64,000 bases of DNA, from assembly GCA_030390025.1 (NCBI GenBank), contig CM059432.1:125366001-125430000 (forward strand), given 5' to 3'. Shown here in pieces: positions 48,394 to 60,527 of the stretch. Made by a program: the position numbers and the translations under genes. Source of the DNA: Squalus acanthias (lineage: Eukaryota). The notes beneath the pieces were generated by a model. The model had not been told where the DNA came from. It made no database searches and saw nothing but the letters and a program-made list of their open reading frames with translations. How positions within the stretch are numbered: position 1 is the stretch's first letter; every line of letters starts with the position of its first letter.

Positions 48394-49372
48394 CTAGAAA
48401 AATGACCAGAATTATATGAATTTAAAATGAGTCACAAACCCTTCATTTCTTTTATTACACAAAACACGAGTTCCACTAAATACTGTGAACTTTTACAAAG
48501 TAGAAATCCCTCAGCATAGTACAAAATAAGGAAAATGGCATTTTGCAATTTGATAACTTTTGTTCATAACTTAAGTACCACCTATTTGACAAGCACTGAA
48601 GTCTGGAAAGTTTGTAAATTACTTAATTAGGATTCATATTTATTCTGTGATAATGGTTTAATATATTTTATATATATAGCCTACAACTTCCAATGCAACA
48701 GACTTAACCCTCAGAGCCAAGTATACTGGTTTCCCTTTAGTAATCAGATCTCAAGCAGAGCATAATTGATGGAAAATGAGATACTGAATTTATCTCCAAC
48801 TTTGAACCAAGAAAGACTCTTCATGGAATTAGAACACTGAACTTGGAGGACAACTGAAGGGAACTAAGATTATTCTTTGTCCAATAGTGTGAAATAGAAT
48901 TTAGTTTTTTTTTAAAAAAGGGAATAAGTAAAGCAGAATCCATTAAGTGCTTTTACAATTAAACTGAACTGACATTGAAGACGACCCTCTTAGGCCACAA
49001 GCTGAGAATAGGATTCTACTCTAATAGGGCTGTTAACTAATGGAATAATATACCAACCATTACAGGGAATGCTAAGTCTGTACAGTGACTTAAGAAAGGA
49101 AAGGGGTAATTCTAGAGCACGAATGGGAATGGTGGAATTAAGGGTACAACACTAGATAGGAGGGGAAGTGGCTCTGTACACCAATCCATTTGCCGGAACA
49201 AGCAAGAATACAGAACTCATGTTTTAACTTTAAAAATGACAAGGAAGGACATTTTGGTTAAGTTAGCACTTTGGTGACATTTACAAATTGGCCAGGCTTT
49301 AATGATCATCAAATACCAAAACAATATCAATATCATAGCTCTCTCTTGCTGGGAATTTATGTAATATAAATT

Positions 49373-50660
49373 GTGGAGGCAGAGGGCATGGCTGAGGTAC
49401 TAAATGAGTACTTTGCATCTGTCTTCACTAGAGAAGAGGATGCTGCCAATGTAGCAGTAAAGGAGGAGGTAGTAGCGATCTTGGATAGGATAAAGAGAGA
49501 TAAAGAGGTACTTAATAGCGAGGCAGTCCTCAAAGTAGAAGAGACTCGGTCCGGATGGGTTGCATCCTAGGTTACAGAGGGAAGTATGGGTGAAAATTGC
49601 AGAGGCTCTGGCCACAATCTTCCAATCCTCCTTAGTTATGGGGGTGGTGCCAGAGGACTGGAGGATTACAAATGTTACACCCCTGTTCAAAAAGGAGGTG
49701 GATAAGCCCGGCAACTACAGGCTAGTCAGCTTAACGTCAGTGGTGCGGAAATGTTTACAGACAATAATCCAAGACAAAATTAATTGCCATTTGGAAAATT
49801 ATGTGCTAATAAATGAAAGTCAGCACAGATTTGTTAAAGGCAAATCGTGAATGACTTGCTTGATTGAGTTTTTAGATGAAGTAACGGAGAGGGTTGATGA
49901 GGGTAGTGCGGTTGATATTGTACATATGGACTTTCAAAGCGCGTTTGATAAAGTACCCCATAATAGACTTGTTGGCAAAATTAAAGCCCATGGAAGTAAA
50001 GGGACAGTGGCAGCATGGATACAAAATTGGCTAAGGGACAGAAACAGAGGGTAGCAGTGAACGGTTGTTTTTCCAGACTGGAGGGAAGTATACAGTGGTG
50101 TTCCCCAGGGGTTGGTATTAGGACCATTGCTCTTTTTGATATATATTACAATGACCTGGACTTGGGTATACAGGGTATAATTTCAAAGATTGCAGATGAC
50201 ACAAAACTCGGAAATGTAGTAAACTATGAGAAGGATAGTAACAGACTTCAGGAGGACATACAAAAGCAAAATACTGCGGATGCTGGAAATCTGAAATAAA
50301 AACACAAAATGCTGGAAATACTCAGATCAGGCAGCATCTGTGGGGAGAGAAACAGTTAACGTTTCAGGGCGATGACCTTTCATCATCGACCTGAAACGTT
50401 AACTCTGTTTCTCTCTCCATGGATGCTGCCTGACCTGCTGAGTATTTCCAGCATTGTGTTTTTATTTCAGGAGGACATAGACAGACTGGTGAAATGGGCA
50501 GACAGATGGCAGATGAAATTTAACGCGGAGAAACGTGAAGTGATACATTTTGGTAGGAAGAACGAGGCGAGGCAATATAAACTAAAGGGTATAATTTTAA
50601 AGGGGCTGCGGGAACAGAGAGACCGGAGGGTGTATGTACACAAATCTTTGAAGGTGGCAG
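49373..50660 (+). mobile_element. CR1 RT fragment carrying a Penelope-derived insert
   Basis: AEVLNEYFASVFT, VPEDWRITNVTPLFKK, MDFQSAFDKVPH, IADDTKL. Confidence 0.88.
50261..50465. mobile_element. Inverted pair of Penelope-like terminal repeats (fold-back insert)
   Basis: The arms are reverse complements around ~50380; TTCAGGAGGACATA is duplicated at 50247-50260 and 50466-50479. Confidence 0.85.
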
Positions 50661-50922
50661 CATTTAGAAGTGATTCCCTTTTAAGTGAATGCCTCCAAAG
50701 TTAACAAACAAATTAATCAACTCGTGCGTCTTTCAACCCCTCGCCCTTCCCAATCATCTCCCCTGAAGGTGCTGACCAATGCTAGCATACAGTTCCACCT
50801 CATTTTTCATACATGAGCCTAGACAGGAGAAGGGACTGATTTGGAGGATATAGATTAAGGAAAATTACAAAATATTCCCCCCCCCTCCCCAACCAAAAGT
50901 ATGACTCTGAACATATACTCAC

Positions 50923-50982
50923 CGGTGCAGACTGAGAACTCCAGGGCGTTGTCCTAGATACTGGTGCTGCATTTTCAATCTG
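50923..50982 (-). CDS. Candidate 60-nt internal exon of the same host gene
   Basis: Acceptor TTGTATTCTACAG|CAG (NAGNAG) and donor CCG|GTGAGT; length is a multiple of 3; open in phases 0 and 2. Confidence 0.4.
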
Positions 50983-51331
50983 CTGTAGAATACAAGTCGA
51001 GTTCACCAATTAATTTAAATGTCTTGGCAGAACAAGTTACTACAGAGATTTAATTAACTCAAGAGACAAGTTCTAATTCAGAACAGCGCACGGCAGGTTT
51101 ATTAAGTGCATTGTTATTACAACAGGTTTTTAAAAAAAATAGTTTAGAAATAGACATGTGTCAAGTTAACAGAATGTAGATGTTTGAGATTACACAAAAT
51201 AGGGTGCGTCAGTTGATGAGTACTGAAAGCATCGTTTCATCTTTGGCAGCAGTTAACAAAATAAATGCGTTAGGCTGTACAAGCACATCCGCCATAGAGA
51301 AATCTAAGGAAGTGATAGAAAGTTTTGGTAA

Positions 51332-51530
51332 AGGGGATTGGTGGCGCAGTGGTGTAACACAGAAGTTTCACTTCTGAAGCCTAGTTTGGAATCTAGCTCT
51401 AGGTTAAAGGTGCCCGCGGCAAATGTTTTAAATGAAAATCCATCAGGCGGTCTCAAGCCAGTTCCAAACCCAGCCTGTGCTGTAACTCTCATGGGAATAT
51501 TCAACACTGATGCTTGTTGAAAGAGTGCTC
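51332..51530 (+). mobile_element. LF-SINE-like 5' fragment
   Basis: tRNA-like head TGGCGCAGTGG...TTTCACTTCT...GAATCTAGC and GGCGGTCTCAAGCCAGTTCC. Confidence 0.5.
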
Positions 51531-51729
51531 CATTCTTAGCACCAAGATCACTCACTTTTAGAAGCATAAAAAATTACAACAAGGAGCAGTACCAGTGAGG
51601 CTTTAGGACTAGATTCATTATGGATGGATGAAAATTGAAGTCTTTCTTTTGAGTATTCTGGCTAATTATTAACAGACTAAAAACAGATAAAGTCATTGGC
51701 CGAAAAAGGTTCAACAATGGTGACTTGAT

Positions 51730-51982
51730 TATGGGAGTGGTGGCAGAGGTCTGGAGGATTGCAAATGTTACACCCCTATTCAAAAAGGGGAGAGGGATAA
51801 TCTTGGTAACTACAGTCCAATGTGAGTGGTGGGAAAACTACTAGAGACCATTGTCAAGGTCAAAATTAATTCTCTCTTGGAGAAGCATGAGTTAATAAGG
51901 GACAGCCAGCACGGATTTGTTAAAAGCAAATCATGTCTGAGGAACCTGGTTGAGTTCTTTGAAGGAACAGAGGGGGTTGATG

Positions 51983-52028
<46 letters not shown>

Positions 52029-53030
52029 GTGTGGACTTTCAAAAGGCATTTGATAAAGTATCACATAACAGACCTGTTTGGGGGTGAAAAAAGCACATGG
52101 TATTAAAGGGGCGATGGTAACTTGGGTACGTAATTGGCTAAGGGATAGGAAGGAGGCAGAGAGTAGTGGTGAACGGATGTTTCTACTGACTGGAGAGAAG
52201 TATGCAGTGTGGTCCCCCAGTGGTCAGTGTTAGGACCATTGCTTTTCTTGTTGTATATAAATAAACTGGAGTTGGGTATAGGGAGTACAATTTCGAAGTT
52301 TGCGGATGATGTAAAACTTGGCAACGTAGTAAATAGTAAGCAGGATAGTAACAGACCTGAGGAGATAAACAGACTGATATGGGCAGACACATGGCAATTT
52401 AATGCAGATAAGTGTGAAGTGATGCACTTTGGAAAAACATGGAGAGGTAGTTTAATCTAAATGGGACTATTTTAAAGTGGGTGCAAGAGCAGAGAGAGTT
52501 GGGGGTGAAGGTAGCAAGCAAGTTCATAAGGCAGTTAAAGCATATGGGATACTTTGTAAATCGGGGCATTGAATACAAAGGGGCACAGAGTACAAAAGCC
52601 AGGAAGTTATGCTAAACCTTTACAAATCACTGGTTAGGCCTCAGCTGAAGTATTATGTACAATTCTGGGCACCACACTTTAGGAAGGATGCCAAGGCCTG
52701 GGAGAGGGTGCAGAGGAGGTTTACCAGGATGATACCAGGGATGAGGGCGTTCAGTTATGTGGAGAGATTGAGAAACTGGGACCTAATAGAGGCATTCAAA
52801 ATTATGAAGGGCAAGTAGGGAGAAATTATTTCATCTGGCAAGTGGGTCAGTAACCAGAGGTCATAGATTTAAAATAATTAGCAAAAGAACAGAGATCATT
52901 GGATTTTTGGATACGATATGGGAATAGTGCAGGAAGGTGGTGTTGAGGTAGAAGATCAGCCATGATCTTATTGAATGGCGGAGCAGGCTCGAAGGGCCGA
53001 ATGGCCTACTCCTGCTCCTATTTCTTATGT
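51730..53030 (+). mobile_element. Degenerate CR1 with an internal (GT)n microsatellite at 51985-52032
   Basis: SQHGFVK.KSCL, FADDVKL, LVRPQLKYYVQFW, CR1 tail. Confidence 0.85.
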
Positions 53031-54261
53031 TAACAAGCTAAGGGAGCAGGGAAAAATCAGCTGAACAAGCCAAATGGTGATCAGTGATACATGGTGGTGT
53101 CAACCGATAACAAGCATCTCCTTATTGATCTCCTGAAGCAGCTATATATATATATATATATAGTTGCTTCTGAAGTTTGGTGGTCCTTTGTTTGAACGCT
53201 GCAAGTGTGGGATTGATGAATTTACCCACCACTCAGTATGGTGTTGTCTTATGCCAAGCGCAAACTCAGATTAAAAAAGGGAACTGATAGCAGCTGAACG
53301 TGGCGCTCTGAAAAAATCGTTGGAGTTAGCACTCTTATTTTAGTGGCGAGGTACAAGAAAGCTGAAGTGTGCTGCAATCTGTAATTGTTGTGAAATGTGT
53401 ATTTACCAGAAACTAAACCTACAATTCCTCTTAAATGTTTACAGTTTCTAATAGGGCTTCATGAATTACTAACAAACAGGATTTGTGAGGTGTAAATATG
53501 ATGCAAGCAAGTTTCATTTCCAGTTTTTGATATAGATTCAGTTCATCTTGAACATCAAAAACAAAACAACATTTGAAAAAATAATAAAAAGCTTTGGGTG
53601 AAAAGATGTCCCGGTAAATTCAAAAAAAGTGCACTCATTAATCCCAGATAGATAACACGCATTTTTAGATAGGATATAAAAGCAATGGAAAATGTGAAAC
53701 ATAGATTCAGTCGGATAACACCAGGGATGAGAGGTTACATTTATGAAGAGATCCTAGAGAAAGTCAGAGCAGAGAAGGGCAAGGGTGATGGGACGATGGT
53801 CTCTACAATTATAATAAGGTAAATAGTGATTGATAGTTTCAGCGAGATGGTAATGAGGAGGCACAAGTTTGAGGCGATCACAAAAAGAATTAAAAAGGGG
53901 AGGTTGGAATTTTTTTTTAATGTATAGAGAGAGCATGGTTAGAACATGAAATTCTCTGCCACAAACCATTGTTGAAGCAATGTCTATAAACTATTTTAAA
54001 AGGGAATTAGATCGTTGCTTGAAAAAGGAATATTAAAGGATATGAGGAGTGAGCAGGATTAGACTGGGTGACTCGTGGAGAAAAAACACTGGCTTAGACT
54101 CGATATGCCCAAATGCCTCATTTCTGTGGTGTAATATCCTAAAAGGTGCAGGATTTAGTTGAGGCTTACAGACAAGAAAAGCCTGAGGTTCGATCCCTTC
54201 TCTGTCCAAGGGTCGCTGACCCTCCCGGATTGTCTGGGAGTCTCCCAGAATGGGACAGGAA

Positions 54262-54795
54262 TCCCCCGGCCCCCACTGCGCCGCACCCTCCCCCGGCCCC
54301 CACTGCGCCGCACCCTCCCCCGGCCCCCACTGCGCCGCACCCTCCCCCGGCCCCCACTGCGCCGCACCCTCCCCCGGCCCCCACTGCGCCGCACCCTCCC
54401 CCGGCCCCCACTGCGCCGCACCCTCCCCCGGCCCCCACTGCGCCGCACCCTCCCCCGGCCCCCACTGCGCCGCACCCTCCCCCGGCCCCCACTGCGCCGC
54501 ACCCTCCCCCGGCCCCCACTGCGCCGCACCCTCCCCCGGCCCCCACTGCGCCGCACCCTCCCCCGGCCCCCACTGCGCCGCACCCTCCCCCGGCCCCCAC
54601 TGCGCCGCACCCTCCCCCGGCCCCCACTGCGCCGCACCCTCCCCCGGCCCCCACTGCGCCGCACCCTCCCCCGGCCCCCACTGCGCCGCACCCTCCCCCG
54701 GCCCCCACTGCGCCGCACCCTCCCCCGGCCCCCACTGCGCCGCACCCTCCCCCGGCCCCCACTGCGCCGCACCCTCCCCCGGCCCCCACTGCGCC
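54262..54795. repeat. 27-bp GC-rich minisatellite (TCCCCCGGCCCCCACTGCGCCGCACCC), ~19.8 identical copies
   Basis: Visible directly in the sequence. Confidence 0.97.
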
Positions 54796-54802
54796 ACGTT
54801 AC

Positions 54803-54923
54803 CAGCGGCTGCTGCAGCAGAGAAACCTCCGGCTCAGTGACGTCACCCTCCCTCCCCCCTCACCGTCGCAGATCGTCATCCCCTCACTTAGTCCTGAAAC
54901 GGGACTGACTGGTGGAAAAACAT
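54803..54923 (-). other. Candidate exon (first or internal) directly upstream of the minisatellite on the - strand
   Basis: Donor CTG|GTAACG; possible acceptor after a pyrimidine tract (..ACTACCAG); CpG-rich. Confidence 0.35.
54837..54846. promoter_or_regulatory. Perfect CRE/ATF palindrome GTGACGTCAC in a CpG-rich region
   Basis: Matches the TGACGTCA consensus; function untested. Confidence 0.4.
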
Positions 54924-56452
54924 CTGGTAGTCTGGGGGGGGACTGGGGGGGGACTGGAGAGAGACAGAGGCAGACAGAGAACGGTGGGGAAAGGCTGGGT
55001 TGGAAGAGGTTGAACAGGAACTGGGGACAGGGGTGAAGAGAAGGAGACTGGGGAAAGGGGCTTGGGGGAAAGAGAGGGAGACCGGGGAATTGGATGGGCG
55101 TGGGGCCCAGAAGTTCCTGCACAGCTGGGAGCAGTGGCAGCAAGGTGGTGAGAGGGTTCGACACTGAGAGGAGAGCAGCCAGTAAAGGGGTGAGTGATAC
55201 CTGGGGACCTTACTGTGGGTAAACAGTGAAAAATTGTTTCCACTACTGGGCTAATGGGAAACAAGGGGGCAGAGACTGAGGATTCTCATTGGAAGAATCA
55301 AGGAGGAAGGGAGAAGGAAGGTTTTCGAACCAAGGGCTATTAGACCATGGGATGCTTCATCACAAGTGGCTATTGAGGCAGAGACTTCAACATCATTTAA
55401 AAGGGAATGGGATAAATATTTGAAAAGGAGAAATAGAAAAGGATCTGGGGAAATTGGGATACAGGAGTGAGCGCCAGCACTTGCACCGGGGTATTGAGTC
55501 CAAGCCCAGGGAGTGGTTTAGAAATGTTGGTACTGAGCTGAGTCTAGGACTGTGTGCCCTGTGAGATGTGTCCCAAACACGAAGCCCACTAGCCTTTGTG
55601 TGATCTCTTGGTTTGGTTCCGGTCAGTCTGTGCTGGCTGGTTTTGACTTGTGAAGTCCAAGTACATGTGTCCAAACCAGAGTCCAAGGAGATAGGGAGGG
55701 ACATGAGGCCTGTTAAAAGTGGCATTGACTGGGGAGCCTGACCATGCCTTGTGCAGTGAAGAGGAATTCTGGCTGTAGTTGCCGGGTGAATATCAACAGT
55801 TTATAGGATTACTACTTGTTACAGGTATGATATTGGGGCATTACACCGATTACTACCAGTTACAGATAGACTATCAGTGAGTTACAGTATTACTGTTGGT
55901 TATGAGGGGAATCTGAGCATTACCAGTATTACTATTGTCATCAGTGCAATTTCTGTGAGTCGCTATCAGTTGCTGGTGGAATCACAGTTCCTCCGAACTC
56001 TGGTTGCCCCTCTGTGAATCCCTCCCACACCTTCGGTTTCCCCTCTGCCCCGCCCTCGGTTTCCCTTCTTTACCTGGTGCCCTCCTGGTTCTCGGAACTT
56101 CTACACACCTGCCGCAAAAACAACGAGCAAAGATACTCAACTACAGGGGATCCATAAGGTAACGGCGGTAACATTTGCAGACGTCCCATGATCAGACGTC
56201 CAGGAATACATCCAACTAGGGTTGGCAACCCTACTCTGTGCGGAGCTAGCAGAGCTCAGCCAGGGTGACAATAGGGGCACTATAATTGGCCTCAGTGCCC
56301 CTGGGTTAGAGAGGGGGATATAAACCCCCCTCCCCCAAGAAAACTCCTGGTTGTCATTCTATTCCATGAGAATTAGCAACAGTTACCATCAAAGGTCAAT
56401 AACAACAACTCCTCTCCAGAGTGACTCGATCACAAAATCTAGGTCGCTGTAG

Positions 56453-56850
56453 ACAACAACAATTTGTATTTATATAGCACCTTTAACGTAGTAAAACGCC
56501 CCCTAATCGCTTCACAGGAGCGTTGTCAAACATAATTTGACACTGAGCCGCAGGGAGAGATATTAGGACAGGTGACCAAAACCTTGTTCAAAGAGGTAGG
56601 TTTTAATGAGCGTCTCAAAGAAGGAGGTAGAGATGCAGAGAGGTTTAGGGAGTGCGTCAAGAGCTTAGGGCCTCAGCAGCTGTAGGCACGGCCGCCAATG
56701 GTGGGGCGATGGAAATCGGGGATGCTCAAGAGGGCCAGAATTGGAGGAGTGCTGAGATCTGAGGGTTGTTTGGCTGGAGGAGGTTACAGAGATAGGGAGG
56801 GGCGAGGCCATGGATGAATTAGAACACAAGAATTTTAAATTTGAGGAATG
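56453..56850 (-). mobile_element. L2-type LINE 3' fragment
   Basis: ACAACAACAATTTGTATTTATATAGCACCTTTAACGTAGTAAAAC tail; homologous to 548-950. Confidence 0.65.
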
Positions 56851-57031
56851 AAAAATTACCACTTAGGTGAATAACTGAAGGTATTGGTGCCTGTGGATCT
56901 GTATACCAGGAAGGTTTCAACACCTTGAGTGGGGAGGTGAGTTTTTTTTTAATAAATGGTCAGATTGGATCCTGAAGCAGAATCAGAAATAATGTGAGCT
57001 AAATAAGCTGACAGGAATGCTGCAACAAAAT

Positions 57032-58495
57032 CAGAAAGAAAGACTTGCATTCGTATAGCGCCTTTCATGACCACCGGATGTCCCAAAGCGCTTTACAGCC
57101 AATGAAGTACTGTTTGAGGTGGAGTCACTGTTGTGATGTAGGAAACGCGGTAGCCAATTTTTTTCTTTTTATTCGTTATGGGATGTGGGCATCGCTGGCA
57201 AGGCCGGCAGTTATTGCCCATCTCTAATTGCCCTCGAGAAGGTGGTGGTGAGCCGCCTTCTTGAACCGCTGCAGTCTCTGTGGTGAAGGTACTTCCACAG
57301 TGCTGTTAGGTAGGGAGTTCCATGATTTTGACCCAGCAACGATGAAGGAACGGCAATATACTTCTAAGTCAGGATGGTGTGTGACTTGGAAGGGAACTTG
57401 GAGGCGGTGGTGTTCCCATGCGCCTGCTGCCCTTGTCCTGCTAGGTGGAAGAGGTCGCAGGTTTGGGAGGTGCTGCCGAAGAAGCCTTGGCGAGTTGCTG
57501 CATTGCATCTTGTAGATGGTACACACTGCAGCCACGGTACGCCGGGAGTGAATGTTTAAGGTGGTGGATGGGGTGCCAATCAGGCGGCTGCATTGTCCTG
57601 GATGGTGTCGAGCTTCTTGAGTGTTGTTGGAGCTGCACTCATCCAGGCAAGTGGAGAGTATTCCATCACACTCCTTACTTGTGCCTTGTAGATGGTGGAA
57701 AGGCTTTGGGGAGTCAGGAGGTGAGATACTCGCTGCAGAATACCCAGCCTCTGACCTGCTCTTGTTGCCACAGTATTTATGTGGCTGGTCCAGTTAAGTT
57801 TCTGGTTAATGGTGACCCCCCCCCCTCCCAGGATGTTGATGGTGGGGGATTCGGCGATGGTAATGCCGTTGAATGTCTAGGGGAGGTGGTTAGACTCTCG
57901 CTTGTTGGAGATAGTCATTGCCTGACACTTCTGTGACGCGAATGTTGCCTGCCACTTATCAGCCCAAGCCGGAACGCCGTCCAGGGCTTGTTGCATGAGG
58001 GCATGGACTGCTTCATTATCTGAGGAGTTGTGAATGGCACTGAACACTGTGCAGTCATCAGCGAACATCCCCATTTCTGACCTTATGTTGGAGGGAAGGT
58101 CATTGATGAAGCAGCTGAAGATGGTTGGGCCTAGGACACTGCCCTGAGGAACTCCTGCAGCGATGTCCTGGGGCTGTGATGATTGACCGCCAACCACCAC
58201 AACCATCAATTTGCACACAGCATTGTTATAATGACCAGATAATCTGCTTTAGTGATGTTGATTAAGGGATAAATATTGGCTAGGACACTGGAGATAACTC
58301 CCCTGCTCCTCTTCAAAATAGTGCCATCGTATCTTTTATGTCCACCTGAGAGGGCAGACGGAGCCTCGGTTTAATGTCTCATCCAAAAGATGGCATCTCT
58401 GACAGTGCAGCACTCCCTTAGTACTGCACTGGAGTGTCAGTCAAGATTTTTGCGCTCACGTCCTGGAGTGGGACTTGAACCCACAACCTTACGAC
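57032..58495 (-). mobile_element. Deu-domain SINE (SacSINE1-like) split by a LINE: head and Deu domain 58207-58495, tail 57032-57160
   Basis: Deu-domain motif GTGCAGTACT.AGGGAGTGCTGCACTGTC..GGATGAGAC.TTAAACCGAGG..CGTCTGCCCTCTCAGGTGGA on -; CAATTT duplicated at 57155-57160 and 58207-58212. Confidence 0.8.
57161..58206 (-). mobile_element. 3' fragment of the tRNA-headed LINE family
   Basis: GVPQGSVLGP, MFADD, YKAQVRSVMEY, family tail. Confidence 0.88.
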
Positions 58496-58570
58496 TAAGG
58501 TTGTGGCTTCTGACTAAGGCCAAAGTTCTCAAAATTCTGTCAATTTGTTTTTCTTAATAAAAATTTTAAA

Positions 58571-59297
58571 GCGCCGGAATTTGCTGAAAAGGTAATGCTG
58601 TTAAAGGCGCATGTTGGTATTAATGTGCAAATCAGCCAGCAACATGTGACGTGGAAGAGATACCCCGTGAATTGCGAATCACTAAGTTGCTGTGTGATTT
58701 GCGCCGCTCCGCCGATAGCTTCGTGAAAATGGCATCTCACGCTTAACCTCCGTGAGTTTCACATTAATTGCCCATTAAACACGCCACAGAAAGTGAAGTC
58801 TAGTAATTAACAGTGTAAGTACCCTTTTAGCAATGTGATAATTGTTAATGACTGTCAATCAACCTCTCTGGCCCAGAAAGTGAACAATTAAAAGTCTGGA
58901 GTCTCATTCCTTCAGATTGTGAATTTTTGCTGAGGTTTTTTCGTGTCAAATTTTACATTTAAAATTTTTTTTCTTACTTTTCCTATCTCTTTTTTCTCTC
59001 TCTCTCTTTCATCCAATCGTTCTTTCGCTTCTGTACCTCATTTATCATTAAATTCACCCACTTGAATTCATCCTCCTTCTCAGTCCTTCCTCTGTTTATT
59101 TCTCAATCCTTAAATTTCATTGATTAAGGAGATACCCTGTTTGTCCCATTGTTCACTAAGGTCCCAGGTGCCCTGTTGCCCTCGCAGCACTGATATTGTC
59201 TTGCACTTCCATCAACTTACAGGGAAAAGAATTATGAGCTGAAGCTTGCAGGAAAAAGGTCTAATTAACCGGGCCCCACTCCAGCAAATTCTTGCCT
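58571..59297. mobile_element. Old MITE (family of 60528-61263, opposite orientation)
   Basis: Ends GCGCCGGAATTTGCTG / CAGCAAATTCTTGCC; the internal block ATCCTTAAAT.TCATTG.TTAAGGAGATA..TTCACTAAGGTCCCAG is the reverse complement of 60655-60720. Confidence 0.65.
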
Positions 59298-59444
59298 TAT
59301 ATGTTTATCTCAAGAATCAAGCAACCTCTGTGGGTGCAGACACAAAGTTAGACCCAAAAAGGCACCCAATCTCGCAACCATTTTGCCAATTTCAACAGAT
59401 GCCCAAGTATCCTCCCAATCTAATTAGAATATACTCAAATGATC

Positions 59445-59840
59445 GTGGCGGTAGCATAGTGGTTATCCAGAGGCCTGGACTAATGATCCAGAGGCACGAT
59501 GTTCAAATCCCACTATGGCAGCTGGGGAATTTAAATTTGGTTAATTAAATAAATCTGGAATTTAAAAAAAAAGCTGGCAATAGTAATGGTGACCATGTTA
59601 CTACTGGATTGTTGTAAAAACCCATCTGGTTCCCTTTAGGGAAGGAAATCTGTCGTCCTTACCTGGTCTTAGCCCATATGTGACTCCAGACCTACAGCAA
59701 TGTGGTTGACTCTTAACTGCCCTCTGAAATGGCCAAGAAGGTGGCAACTCAACCACTACCTTCTCAAGGCCAATTAGGGATGGGCAATAAATGCTGGGTT
59801 TCGCAGCAACACCCACATCCCCTGAATGCATTAAAAAAAA
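59445..59840 (+). mobile_element. tRNA-derived SINE made of the 5' head and 3' tail of the LINE at 23800-26806
   Basis: TAGCATAGTGG, GTTCAAATCC, ...GACTCTTAACTGCCCTCTGAAATGGCC joined to AAGAAGG...CAATTAGGGATGGGCAATAAATG and poly(A). Confidence 0.85.
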
Positions 59841-60527
59841 ATTAAAATGGGTGGAAATCAGTGGAAACAATTGCGGCCCAAGGAACTGCCAAACCCGCAC
59901 CAGTATAATAATTCTTTCAGTCTTAAAATTTAAGTTTCAACTCATTTAACCATCATTCATGCACATCAGGCACAACCGGTTTAAAAACCTGCAATCGGGG
60001 CAGCTATTACTTGTGCTATAAAATGCATTGAAAACCCCCAGAGGTTAACATGTTTCTAAACGCTCAAAAAATTGCGATTAAAAGACCAGAAAAATTACTT
60101 TCTTACCTGCTGCGCCTGACAATTTGGTCGCAATGTCGAGACCCCACTCTGAACAAGCACAACTGGAGGATACTCATATTTCAGAGTTGTGGGCATGGCC
60201 AGTTTTGTGGGTGAAGATTAGGAGGGCTTGCTGGATGGACGTAAAAGATGTAGTTATGCGCGTAACTCACTTACGGCCAAAAATGCCATGATCTTTTAAG
60301 TGACGTAACTTGCTTGCGCCCAGATTATGGATTTATCTAGATGCAAATGCGGAGGAAACGCCAAGCCACGGTGCTTCACAGATTTTATATCTGCAGCAAA
60401 CCTAGTATTCACATTTATCAAACTAGTCTGGAAAAATAGTGTCTTGTACCAACACAGATATCACATTTCCCTGATTTAACAGGAAGTTTTGCCCATCCAG
60501 TAACGAATATCCACCTGCTGTAACTAT

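Noticed and set aside
51332..51410. tRNA gene
   Set aside because: The B box is degenerate, there is no cloverleaf, and it continues into SINE body sequence; the same applies to the heads at 26806, 34781 and 59445
53136..53170. Hairpin GAAGCAGC-(TA)n-GTTGCTTC
   Set aside because: Short and mostly a self-complementary microsatellite; not a miRNA-like precursor
54033..55036. Six long repetitive ORFs (GPGEGAAQW, PPPAPTAPH and others)
   Set aside because: They result from a stop-free 27-bp minisatellite read in all six frames; nothing else supports coding
55795..55970. Degenerate TTACTA/GTTACAG-rich repeats
   Set aside because: No stable period; treated as decayed low-complexity sequence
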